Below, in pieces: positions 26,476 to 39,041 of a stretch of DNA of 64,000 nucleotides; within the stretch, counting starts at the first letter, position 1, and every line of letters begins with the position of its first letter. This stretch comes from Octopus sinensis (taxonomy: Eukaryota). The stretch spans positions 68,448,001-68,512,000 of the forward strand of contig NC_043000.1 in the NCBI RefSeq assembly GCF_006345805.1. The letters are read 5' to 3'. The notes under the pieces are model-generated. The model did not search any database, was not told the origin of the DNA, and saw only the letters and a list, made by a program, of their open reading frames with translations. Position numbers and translations under genes: made by a program.

Positions 26476-26796
26476 GAGGGCGCGTGGCTTAGTGGTTAGG
26501 GCATTCGGCTCATGATCGTAAGGTTGTGAGTTCGATTCCCGGCGACGCGTTGTGTCCTTGAGCAAGACACTTTATTTCACGTTGCTCCAGTCCACTCAGC
26601 TGGCAAAAATGAGTTGTACTTGTATTTCAAAGGGTCAGCCTTGTCACTCTCTGTGTCACGCTGATTATCCCCGAGAACTACGTTAAGGGTACACGTGTCT
26701 GTGGAATACTCAGCCATTTGCACGTTAATTTCACGAGCAAGCTGTTCCGTTGATCGTATCAGCTGGGACCCTCGTCGTCGTAACCGGCGGAGTCTT
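26476..26796 (+). mobile_element. Full-length tRNA-derived SINE family 3 (CORE-like central domain), sitting in (TA)n
   Basis: A box tggcttagtgg (26485-95), B box gttcgattc (26530-38), central gtgtccttgagcaagacacttta...ctccagtccactcagctg. TA-rich repeats on both sides. Confidence 0.85.
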
Positions 26797-26805
26797 TATA
26801 TATAT

Positions 26806-26865
<60 letters not shown>

Positions 26866-26983
26866 GACATATATGCATGCACATGCGCATACACCCCCTC
26901 ACATACACACTCAAACACACAAACGCTTGAACACATCGGCACCATACACATTCGCTACATTATTGTGACAAGGAATTGTTACA

Positions 26984-27743
26984 AGTAGCATAAGGAATTC
27001 CCTCCTAACGCTGCAATGACCCTGTCTTTACAGGCGTACATGAGTGGGATATGGTGAGAATCTACAATGGTTCAATTCAATGTTGAATCAAGTTTGTAGC
27101 TGTGTCCAGCCCTCAGCTTTCGACAATTCCCTCTAGTTCAAGAGAAAAGCAATAAAGTATTTTTAAAATAATTGAATATAAGGAATTCCATAGCCTGGTG
27201 AGCTGCGGAATAAGTTGAAGAACTGTAGCCGTTAAAAACCTCTAACAACACAGATGAAATAAAAGATGAAATGTATAAATGAAATAGCAAAAGACTGAGG
27301 TCATAGATTAAGTAGCTGAGTCAACGGAAGCTAATGTCATCATCATAAAACACAACGGACAATGCTGTGGGGCTTTTAGTTAGCTGATTGCCAATTCCCA
27401 TTAGATGCAGAAGCTGCTCTGGAATACTAAACATACACCAAATCAGGTCGAGTGTAATGAAGCTTACAAATGTTTGTGTGCGTGTGTGTGTGCGCGCGCG
27501 CGCGTGAGTGTGAGTGTGAGTGCATGCTGTATATAAAAAGACTTGCCATCTGGGTGACATCGTCAGCGGCTGATTCATAGCAGTGAAACTTGAACTAAAA
27601 TGGTCCCACTTCCATGAACATTAATAACTATTTGAAACCAAGGGAAGGAATTTTTCTTTTATTTGTCCACTCCATACTGTCGTCCCAACTTGAACTTGGA
27701 GCTAGTAGCATAAGGAATTCCCTCCTAACGCTGCAATGACCCT
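26984..27743. repeat. Perfect 40-bp direct repeat bracketing a 680-bp segment
   Basis: agtagcataaggaattccctcctaacgctgcaatgaccct at 26984-27023 and 27704-27743. Confidence 0.95.
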
Positions 27744-28014
27744 ACCAAGTCGTCGTCTAATGTTAAGAATTAATAATAATAGAATTAACCAACTGTAAAT
27801 CAGTAGAATATGAGGAAACTAAAAATGCTATACGTCGGCAAAAAATCTTTCAAACGCTTTTCTCTCTAAGTAAAGTCAATAAGGTTGTATCAAGGAGGAA
27901 CATTTAAAATATTTCGTATACCATCATGATTGTCTCTGATGGTTCACTAATAATTTGACATCAAATTGACTACAATCAAGGGACCCAAAAGCTACACGAT
28001 TCCATATGCCCATG

Positions 28015-28340
28015 ACTAGTGGCTGTGTGGTAAGAAGTTTGTTTCCCAACCACTTGGTTCCGAGTGCAGTTCCATTGCGCAGCATCTAGGGCAAGTGCCT
28101 TCTATTGTATCATCGAGCCGACTGTGTGTATGTGCATGTCTGTTTGTCATCCACCACCTCTTGACAACCGGTGTTGGTGTATTTGCGTTCCCGTAAATTA
28201 GTGGTTCGGCAAAGGGGACTGATAAAATAAGTACCTGGATTTAAAAAGAAAATACCTACTGGGATCGATTCATTCTACTAAAAATTCTTCAAGACGGTAT
28301 CCCAGCATGGCCGCAGTGTAATGACTGAATAAAGGGGAAA
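28015..28340 (+). mobile_element. SINE family 1, decayed near-complete copy
   Basis: Head gtggctgtgtggtaagaagtttgtttcccaacc and tail cagcatggccgcagtgtaatgactgaa. Confidence 0.8.
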
Positions 28341-29947
28341 AGAAAATTGCAGGATATTTGCTTGATGTTACAACTAAAGGAATAAATAGCTGTGGACCCT
28401 GTTTTTGATTATTGTCATTCGATCGAATATACAATAATTAATCGGCTGCCAAATTGTTTTTATTGCTGTTGCTGTTTTAAAAATTGTCTTAGAACAATTA
28501 TATATTTTGCTTCTAATTGTGGCTCCAATTTTGCTGAATCTTCTAGTTGATTTTCGTCTCTTTTTCATTATTATATAATCACGAAGCGGCGATTATTGCT
28601 AACAAGTGTTAAAAGTCTATCAAAGAAATATTCTTTAGATTTTCTGCTCTCGAATAAAATTCACAAGTAAATAGTTAACTATGAAACTATGATTGGTCAA
28701 ATATCTTCCCTAATATCGATTTCTTTCGACTAAATTAAAATAGGCTTAATATTTTTAAGTAAAAGGTTTTGGATATCTTTTGGAATATCTTTCCTAAGGA
28801 ATCTGTTGTGAAAGTAAATTTGTTGGTTTCAACTGGGAGTTAAAATTTCATTGCGGACTCGCCTTTCGTTCTATCGCAACAATAAAAATTATATATTTTT
28901 TTCGGCCAGAAACACCATGCTAACTGACGTCTCGTGAATGGAAAGATTGACATCTTGTCATTATAAATAAATATCTAAATGCACATCAAATCATAAATGT
29001 ATCATCCGTGAAAAAAAATAAAATCCCTCTAAGGATAACGTAGCTGTCTGGAAGATAAAAAATACAGTTAGTTGCAGCAGGAATGTCTTTGTTCAGAAAG
29101 GTTTGTTCAATCAGAGGTGAGCTGAAGCTAAACTTCAGCAACAAGGCCACCTCACTCCTTCAAATCGTTGTTCCTAACATCTTTGTCCTTATTTATCTTT
29201 GTCCTTTATCCTTTCGGCGTTAAACAAAGAAATTAAACTTGTTTTAACTCAGGAATAAAAGGAAGAATGTCCGAGGAAATTATCTTATTTAAATGAGAGT
29301 CAAATATAAATAGAAGCTATCAAAGACAAGTAAATGTTTTATGTTAATGCTGTTTATTGCAAACGATAAAATACCAGATTTTTTTTTTGCTCGCTTTCGA
29401 CCTTTCTTGCCGTTTGCTTGATTAATCACGTCAAACCTTATTTTCAAACAACTATACAGAGAGAAGGCTATATTTATGTATATCGATAGACAGACATACA
29501 GACAAATGTGTGTGCGCGCACGCAGGCACACACACACACACACATACATATATATGTGTGTGTTTGTGTGTGAGTATATCAACATACACGAACATACACA
29601 AATACTCTCTCACACACATACACACATATAAATATAAAGAGGAAGAGAGGGAGAAAGAGAGATAGAGAGCGGGTGAGACAAATTTACTCTGTTATATGAA
29701 GCTAAGAATTGAGTAGGTTTAGGGGGAAATTATTGAAAGGAGTAACGTTGACGCATACCTATGCGGTATGATTTAAATATCTAAAAACAAATAGGATAAC
29801 AAGCATAAAATGCGGGGTCTGACTCACAGAAAAAGAGAGAATGGAATGACGCCAACTGGCCCCTATAACTTCTCCAAGGAGGTCGCTATTTCATTTATAT
29901 GGGTAATAAAAACTAATAGACAAAGGGACAGCTCTAAAGCAAAATCT

Positions 29948-29953
29948 TTATAG

Positions 29954-30011
<58 letters not shown>

Positions 30012-30026
30012 GAGAGAAAGAAAGAA

Positions 30027-30064
<38 letters not shown>

Positions 30065-30680
30065 CTCTTTCCAAATTTTTTTTATAATGCTTTGTTCTGC
30101 TATTCTTTTTAAGGGCAAGAGGGGTCTGTCAGTATTCTAACAGTATCCTAGCGCTCGTGCTCATTAAAAGTCGCTAATGGAGGTCGGTTTTTTGTACGAG
30201 AGAACTGGTTGTAACAATTAAAACGTGATAAAGACAGACTGTGAACGTGCCTTTGTCAGAGAATTGATCATTTGGACAAAAAGGACAGGTTGCAGAGAAA
30301 TTCGACCATCAACTAACACGCAATGTAACTAATTTGATGCTAGTGATCGTTGGAGAGTATATGTGACCATTCTGTGGGAACTATGAAATACGTGCTTAAA
30401 AACGAACGATACATTATAGAGTATATACTGGGAAGGACAAAGGAGAAGAATGTGGCTGTTGTAACGATAAAGCCAACGATCAAATTCATTTAAAACAAAT
30501 ATGGACGTGGAGTGTGAGAAAGGAAAAAATATCAGAAAGAATAAGAACATAGAGGAGAGATCACAAATCGGAGATCAAATACAGTTTATGTATGCATGTA
30601 TATGTATGGGTGCATGCATATATATGTGTGTGTGTGTATCTGCTTATTGTATTTTCTATTTTCCTACATACATACATACA

Positions 30681-30712
<32 letters not shown>

Positions 30713-30840
30713 AAAATAGTCTCTCTCTCACACACATAAATATGCACATACACATATAAACATTTACATGCATACTAATACACTCCACACATTCACTTAT
30801 ATGCGAGGAAAAGAAAGAAAGTTAGAAACAACAACAGATA

Positions 30841-30903
<63 letters not shown>

Positions 30904-31446
30904 ATAGATAGATACATAGATATAACAGTACAAACACACTCACGTATACACATGTAGATACATATAAGCGTGCACACACACTCACACACACACACACATA
31001 CTTCTTATGTGCGTGCTACAGAAATAGAAATATACAGACAAACCAATATAACCAACAAATAGAAAGGTTGAAGAGAAATTGAATCAGGTCGATGAAATAC
31101 AATTTTATATTTCAGAATTTGAAAAGAAATAAAAAGTACGATATAAGTAAATTATTTGAATGACCATTGAGGGAAAAATTAATAAAATGATATTGAGGAG
31201 TCTGAGAGGGAAAAAGAGTGAGAAGGGAAAAAGTTTGTCAGGATATTATTTTAAGATTATAAGTGATTCAACATTTGAGACGTAGTGAGTCTTTAACAAA
31301 ACAGATATAGATGTATATATATAACACTATCTGCATTTATTATTTACATTTATTTATTTACATAGATGTAGATAATGTAACATATATTCTGTTGTGTGCG
31401 TGTGTGTGTGTGTGTGTGTGTGCGTATGTAGCTATGTTTGTATATA

Positions 31447-31500
<54 letters not shown>
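29948..31500. repeat. Microsatellite field: (AGAT)/(AG)n, (CATA)n, (TA)n, (CA)/(TG)n
   Basis: Read directly. Confidence 0.9.
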
Positions 31501-31502
<2 letters not shown>

Positions 31503-31503
<1 letters not shown>

Positions 31504-31665
31504 CTTGGCTGTGTGGTAAGAAGTTTGCTTCCCAACCACATGGTACTGGGTTCAGTCCCGCTGCGTAGCACCTTGGGCTAGTGTCTTCTACTATAGCCTC
31601 GGGCCGACCAAAGCCTTGTAAGTAGAGTTGGTAGACCGACACTAAAAGAAGCCTGACGTGCATAT
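31503..31665 (+). mobile_element. SINE family 1 5' half
   Basis: ggctgtgtggtaagaagtttgcttcccaaccacatgg...gggttcagtcc...gggccgaccaaagccttg. Confidence 0.85.
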
Positions 31666-32946
31666 GTCTGTGTGTATAAAAGGAAAGATAGCTAACCATT
31701 AAGACACCTATAGAGATAGAAAAAAAAAGACACAAGTACTAGTCTCAGTAAACTAATTTGGGCGATTAAGGATCAAAATAGGAAATATACACTTAGGTGG
31801 GAAATAATTAGCCGGACAAAATCTATTAGCATTGTGTGTAGAAGATGTAAATTCAGCGTAGAGGAAATTTATCAGCTCCTTAAATCAAAACACAAATTAA
31901 TAAACAACGAGAGGAAAAGAGAATTTTGTTTTGTGCATATGGTTAAATATACATTTAATAAATTTTAATAAATTGAAATAAATATAATTAAGTAGATCCT
32001 GTGTGAATAATACAATAATACATAGGAATAATTCTTAAAGTTAAATACTTGTTTTTGTTTCAGCACATGATCTCAGATCAAGTCACTTGCTATGCAAGTA
32101 CATCTCCGTAATTAAATACTTTCGTTGAATTTAAATATTTTTAGTTAAAAATATATACCATGTATGTGATACCTAGGAAGCGTGCATCTATACTATTAAC
32201 TTAATAGACGAATATATGTAAGAACCTAAACTATCAGCCAATATATCTAAATAAATTATACTAATAATAACAGATGAAAGGGACTTATTCTCTTCATTAA
32301 GTTAAATATACATTTATTGAATTTAAATCGATATTACTAAATGAACACTGTGTGAATGATATGGTACAATAATACCTACGTTCTTAAAGTTTCCCGCTAC
32401 GTTCGTGCGTTAGTGTCACATGACAGTATATTTTGTATATTTTTAAGACCAGTCATGTGACTATCCTCTGTCAATTAAGTCCTATTGAAAACATATACTA
32501 ATTTCAGCCATGAACTCCCTATAAAAACAGGATAAATTTCAAACACTAGTCAGAAGCTAGACAGCTACGATTAAGCCACGTCTTTATATTTGAACTTTTT
32601 GAAAATCAGTGTAAACTGTGAAATCGGTTAAAGCTTTAAATATACTAATAAAGAATATTTAAACTATTCTCAGTACATTTTCATCTTCTATTTTTCCTAT
32701 ATTTCTACTCGTGTGGAATAAAATAACTTCGTATTCTACACGAACACACATACATATATATATATATTCATGTATGTTAACAGCATTATATATACAGCAT
32801 TAGAGCATTTAGCTCTTCCAGCAATGTAGGTGTCATTTTAACACCCTAGTTACATTGAGTGACAATTATAATTCTCCCATTTGGTGAAACATTGTAACCT
32901 GCTGTTCATATTAATTTTGTGTGTATACACACACACACACACATGC

Positions 32947-33031
<85 letters not shown>

Positions 33032-33130
33032 TAATAATAATATTAGGGAATAAATCCAAACTTACAGGAAAAATTAGATTTAGGATTAAATCCAATTTTA
33101 TAGTATAAATATATTATATTATATTATATT

Positions 33131-33551
33131 AATTAGAGATAAAACCACTATTAGGCAAATCAAACAGTGAAAAACATAAGCCAATACATAAAATTGATTT
33201 AAAATTATATATATGTACAAATATATATATATGTATGTATATATATTTTTATATTTATATATTATTTAATTTATTAATTAATTAATTAATTAATTTATTT
33301 ATTTTTAAATATATATCAAAAGTATTAAACTTTTAGTACGTTTGATATATATTAAAAAAAAGAATAAATAAATAAATTAATTAATAAATTAAATAATATA
33401 TAAATATAAAAATATACATACATACATATATTTGTATAAAATTTATTTAAATAATTTTTTATTTTTAACTTTTATAATTTTAAATTAATTTTATGTATTG
33501 GCTTATGTTTTTCACTGTTTGATTTGCCTAATAGTGGTTTTATCTCTAATT
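33131..33551. repeat. About 420-bp AT-rich near-perfect palindrome
   Basis: aattagagataaaaccactattaggcaaatcaaacagtgaaaaacataagccaatac is inverted at about 33495-33551. Symmetry continues inward to a 20-nt loop at 33321-33340. Confidence 0.85.
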
Positions 33552-33556
33552 TAATA

Positions 33557-33665
<109 letters not shown>

Positions 33666-34285
33666 AGTATAGAATAAAGGCATAAATAAGCAAGCAACTG
33701 GCATATAAGATTATTACATTTATAAATTATATATTTATTTATATTATTTTGATACCACTTGAATATAGAAAAGAATGTTTTAGGAATTTAGATCACAAGA
33801 GATCTTTCAATAAGTGCTCAATGGAGGAATATATATAATTGTTGTGATATATGCTGACATTCTCCCATAATAGTTAAAAGGTATGTCTGTATTGTTGAGG
33901 TAATATAGTAAGGTTTAGACAGGTTGTCATAGGTTAAATCTAAAGCCGGGTGCACCAGCTCGATTGAAACACTGCTTATAGTCAATCCTCACTTAGGCAG
34001 GTACAACATCGCTGCATTTTTAGTTGTAGTTTAGGTTGGAGTTTAGGCAGGAAGTCTGCCTGAGCACTAATTGCATATACCTATTATCTTACATTATCAG
34101 ACGTAATATTACCTGAAATATACATACGTTTATACTTATATATAGTATATAGTTCGAGTAAAAACCTCGTAACGTGCATTTAAGAGCTCTTACGTCATGG
34201 TTTGATTACCACACGTTATTTTATAGTAGGGTGTATTCCAGGGCTGCATACACATGTTGAACTCCTCTTTACATAAGGCCAATAC

Positions 34286-34411
34286 AAGGATAATATAACA
34301 CGAGGATGGGGCATAAAAGGCTTTAATAGTAGATCACAACATTTGTAGTAGGAGACAACCGTTGTGATCTACTATTAAAGACTGTTATCCCCCAACTTTG
34401 TGTTATATTAT

Positions 34412-34415
<4 letters not shown>
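34286..34415. repeat. 130-nt hairpin (about 55-bp arms, 20-nt loop); probable small MITE
   Basis: The inner 20 bp are perfect (ctttaatagtagatcacaac / gttgtgatctactattaaag); the outer arms pair with mismatches. Confidence 0.8.
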
Positions 34416-34460
<45 letters not shown>

Positions 34461-34705
34461 TGTATGTATGTATTCAGAGTGCACTTCATTGACACCCATA
34501 TAGAGGGCGAAATGTGCCTCGCGTTTCTGGGAGTCGCTGCCGGGACCATATTCGTTTTCTTCCGATGCATATTTTGTTTTTAATACATGTTATAGAGAAA
34601 TTTCTCAGACAAAAGCACAGCATTATGTCTGTCAATGATATATATACATTGAGTATGATATACTAATGGAGTTTATAATTATATATATATATATATATAT
34701 ATATA

Positions 34706-34900
34706 GGGAGAGTTTACGAAAAAAAACAACAAAAGACGAAGACAGGTGGTGTCCAAAGCAAACAGATGTATTAGTATAACGCTCAGGAATAGAAAAAGTA
34801 TTTTACCTTCGAGCCTACGCTCTTCTACAGAAATGGACACTGAAAACAAGGAGAAAAACGAGGAGAATAAAAAGGAGAGAAAAAAGGAAAGAAAAAAGGA
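34706..34900 (-). mobile_element. PLE pseudo-LTR family A, second tandem copy, with decayed hammerhead (34801-34833)
   Basis: Homologous to 35671-35870. Minus strand reads TTT-CTGTAGA-A-GAGC-GTAG-GCTC-GAAG-GTA-AAA. Abuts (TA)n. Confidence 0.8.
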
Positions 34901-34922
34901 GAGAAAAAAGGAGGCGTGTGTG

Positions 34923-34969
<47 letters not shown>

Positions 34970-34970
34970 A

Positions 34971-35004
<34 letters not shown>

Positions 35005-35452
35005 TTAAGTAGGTGAATGAATTATCCTAGTATTGATAATTCGGTTAATCAATACCTGGGTAGCAAATTCACGTCAGAAAACACGGTTGAAGCTACATGC
35101 CAAGAGCAGAAACCCCATGTTCTTGTGTGGAAATTTGTGTGTTTTTTTGTGTGTCTTCGAAACATGTGGTATATATACCACTAATGTAGGAAAAAATTTT
35201 ATTAATGGCCAGCATATCAAAAATTTTTTCCATGGGTATGATTATTTCATTTACGTCTTACGTATTTGTCGCTGAGGAGGGGAAAATTCTTATGAATTAA
35301 CCCCGAAATTGGGACCAATACGGTAATAACGGATTTTTTTAGAAATTTCTATCGGCTAGTTTCAAGACACATAAATTATAATGGTTATTGACAATTTTGT
35401 CTTTTTCGGCATATTTGGCATTAGAAATTTTCTATTGTCCTTATTTTATATG

Positions 35453-35517
<65 letters not shown>

Positions 35518-35612
35518 TAAACCTCCTCTGTATATCGTTTCAGCAATATAACTACGAGTACGCTCTCGGCGATTACTTCTTCTTCTCCTTCTTTGGACTT
35601 TTCCATTTCTTC

Positions 35613-35645
35613 TTTCCGACGAAGAGCTATGCTCGAACGCTAAAC
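35613..35645 (+). ncRNA. Degenerate hammerhead motif of another pLTR (CCGACGA core)
   Basis: TTT-CCGACGA-A-GAGC-TAT-GCTC-GAA-CGCTA-AA; one A is missing from GAAA. Confidence 0.5.
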
Positions 35646-35765
35646 TCGCTCCTTTCTTGAATTGACTAACGGGAAGCTTTATGAAAATAAACAAAAGACG
35701 AAGGCAGGTGGAATACAAACAAACAATTGTATTAGTATGGCGCTCAGGAACATAAATAAAACAAG

Positions 35766-35802
35766 TCTTTTACGTTTCGAGCCTACGCTCTTCAACAGAA
35801 AG
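35766..35802 (-). ncRNA. Family A minimal hammerhead ribozyme, best copy (CUGUUGA core)
   Basis: TCTTT-CTGTTGA-A-GAGC-GTAG-GCTC-GAAA-CGTA^AAAGA. Stem I is 5 bp, stem II is 4 bp, stem III is the palindrome ACGT, and the cleavage triplet is GUA. Confidence 0.75.
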
Positions 35803-38800
35803 ATACACAGAAAAGAAACACGGAGAGAAACAAGGAGAGAAAAAAATGCGTGCAGAAGCTAGCGAATCAACATGGCGATCTGATTCCGGCCAGAAGTCAA
35901 AGATCAAACGTGAGACGCAAGAGCGAAAATAGGGGAGATAACAGGGTCAAATGACCAAGCCTCAACATAAGGGTGTGTGTGTGTATGAGAGAGTATGAGA
36001 GGTCTGGACGTGTGTATGTATGTATGATGTGATGTGTAATGTCGTATGGTGTAGTGTAGAGAGGGGAGGGGGAGGATATAGGGGGGGAGGGGGTAAGGGG
36101 GTAAGGGGTAAGGGGGAGAGAGAGGAGAGGAGAGATGAGGGGAAGAAGGGGGGGAGAGGGAAGAGAGGGGGAAGGGAAGGAGGAGGGGTGAGGGTGAGAT
36201 GAGATGAGGGGGAGGGTGGAGAGAGAAGGGGAAAGGTGAGAGTGATGAGGGGGAGAGGGGGAGAAGGAAAGACGGAGGAGGTGAGGGTGAGATGAGGGGG
36301 AGGGGAGGGGAGAATGAAAGAGGAGAAGAGGAGGGAGGAGGAGGGAGAGGAGAAGAGGAGGGGAGAGGAGGAGCGAGAATAGAGAGGGGGAGAGAGAAGT
36401 GGAGTGAGGGAGCAGAGAGAAAGAGGGAAGGGGAAGAGGGAAGAAGAAAGAGGGAAGAAAGGAAGAAGGGAAGAAGGGAAGGAGGGAAGAAGGAAGAAGA
36501 AAGAGGGAAGAAGGGAAGAGGAGGGAAAGAGAGTAGGGGTGAAAGGATGAAGGATGAAGAGAAGTAGGGGTCGGGGGAGGTTAGATGAGGAGGGGAGGGG
36601 GGTTATATGAGGAGGAGGGTTAGATGAGGAGGGGGGGAGAGTTGAGACCAAATGGCGTAAATGAGCGAAGATTAATTCCTGTTCACGGCGCAAACGGGAA
36701 TCCGGATGGCCTCTGTGCAAGGACAAACCGAACACAGACAGGTGTTGCAAGGAGTGACCGGTGGAGCGGAAATGGCGTGAGACCGGTGTGTCGTTGGCAA
36801 GGCGGATGTCTCGGAGGTGTTCCGCGAACCGGTCAGCCAAGCGGCGTCCCGTTTGTCCGATGTACAGGGAATGGCAGAGAGAGCAAGAGATGCAATAGAT
36901 GATATTGCTGGAGGTGCAGGTGAAGGAGTTGATGATGCGATAGGGTCGATGATGGGTGCCAGTGACGAGGGTGGTGTTGGAGAGGTAAGGGCAAGTGCGG
37001 CAACGTGGGCGGGAGCAGGGGAACGAGCCAGGTTGGGAGGTAGGGTCAGGGAAGGAGCTGTGGACCAAAAGGTCTCGTAGATTATGGGCTCGTTTGAAGG
37101 GGGAGTCGGTTAGGGAAGAGGTGTGAAGTGGACGGGTCGGAATGGAGATGCCGGAAAGCTCGAAGAATGGTGCGTTGGAGAGGTTGGGTCGTGGGGTGGT
37201 AAGTGACGGGAAAAGGGAGGCGGGAGACTACAGGGCGGGTTCGGGGGGAGAGAGCAGATGCACGGTCTACGGAACATGCCCTGGCAAGGGCGGTGTGGAT
37301 TGTGGTGAGGGGGTATCCACGTAGGATGAAGTGGTGAACCATGCGTTGAGACTGAGTCTCAAAGTCATGGTCGTCACTACAGAGCCTACGTAGACTGAGG
37401 AATTGGGAATAGGGGATGGAAAGCTTGGTGTGTTTTGGGTGGGAGGAAGAGAAGTTTAGGTATGAGTGTGAGTCTGTGTGTTTGTAGTGAATGGAGGTGG
37501 TAAGAGTGGAGTGATGAATGCTGACCGAAATGTCGAGGAAGGAGACAGAGGTGTTGGAGATAGTGGAGGTGAAGTGGAGGGTTGGATGGAAGGATTGAAC
37601 GAAAGAGAGGAAGGAATCTAGATGTTCACGGGAGAGTGAGGTGGCACCGATAATGTCGTCAATGTAACGATCGTATAGTTCAGGAGTGGGACCAGTGAAA
37701 TTAGAGAATATTTGGGCCTCAACATAGTCAACGAACAGGTTCGCATAGTTGGGGCCCATTCGCGTTCCCATAGTCACTCCCGAGAACTGTTGGTAGAACT
37801 CACCCCGAACGAGAAGCAGTTGAGAGTAAGGACAAGTTCGGCCAGACGAATGAGTGTGGATGTTTCAGGTTCAGGGTTGGGGCGGAGGTCGAGAAAGTGT
37901 TGAAGTGCCCGCAGTCCTTCGTGGTGAGGGATGGCGGTATAGAGGCTCTGGATGTCCATAGTAAAAAGGATTTTGGAGGAGCCGGGAAGAAAGGAGAAAG
38001 AGTTGAAAAGCCGGAGAGCATGGTTGGTATCGTGGATGTGGGAGGGAAGAGACGCCACTAGGGGGGCAAGGACACGATCGAGGTATTTAGAGATGAGCCC
38101 CGTGGGGCAGTTACAGGCGGAGACGATGGGGCGGCCAGGGTTGTTGGGTTTGTGGATTTTGGGGAGGAAGTAAATGGTGGGGGTGCGTGGGGTTCGCACA
38201 ATTACGTTGGATGCGGTGTGAGGGAGACGGGAGGACGAGATGAAGTCGTGGACAGTAGAGGATACCGTCTGTTGGTAGCTACGTGTGGGGTTAGAGGACA
38301 GCGGGGAGTAGAAGGAGGTGTCATTGAGTTGGCGGAGAGCCTCGGCCCTGTAGAGGTCCGCGCGTCACACCACCACAGCTCCACCCTTGTCAGCCGGTTT
38401 TATGATAATGTTAGCGCGCCGTTGGAGGGAACGAAGGGCCGAGAGCTCGGCCGGGGAGATGTTGAGGCGGCGGTGGCGCCTGGAGAAGTTGAACCGCTCC
38501 AACGCACGCTGACAGGCGCCCGCGAAAAGATCCACTGCTAGGAACTGGCCGGGGGTAAACGTCCACGTGGATGGTCGGCGGCCCAGGTCAGTGAAGCAGT
38601 CCTCATCGTTGGATGCGGGTGGTGAGTCGCGGAAATGCGCACCCAACCGGACGCGGCGCACAAAGCTGTGGACATCAGCTCGCGTCTGGAATTCCTTACA
38701 GGATGGAGTGCGGGGGATGAAACGCAGACCCCTACTAAGGACGGAGCGTTCCGCCGCAGAGAGGGGAAGATCAGGGGGAATGGTAACAACAGACGGAAGG

Positions 38801-38912
38801 GAAGAAGGGGTGGGTGGAATAGAAGTATGAGGGGTGGATGGAATGGGAGTAGGAGTAGGAGGAGTGGTAGGGCTGGTGGAAGTCTGGGGGGAGGGATTGG
38901 GGAGGTGTGTGG

Positions 38913-39041
38913 GGGGTTGTTGGGAGGGGCAGTGGGGTTAGGTGTGGGTGGATGGAGCCTATCAGGAGGGGGGAAGGGGTTGTTGGGAGGGGCAGTGGGG
39001 TTAGGTGTGGGTGGATGGATCCTATCAGGAGGGGAGAAGGG
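38913..39041. repeat. 63-bp in-frame tandem duplication in the PLE ORF (21-aa Pro-rich unit)
   Basis: PF(S/P)PPDR(I/L)HPPTPNPTAPPNN occurs twice. Confidence 0.9.

Noticed and set aside
26478-26545. tRNA gene
   Set aside because: A and B boxes are present, but the acceptor stem does not close and the sequence continues into a SINE body.
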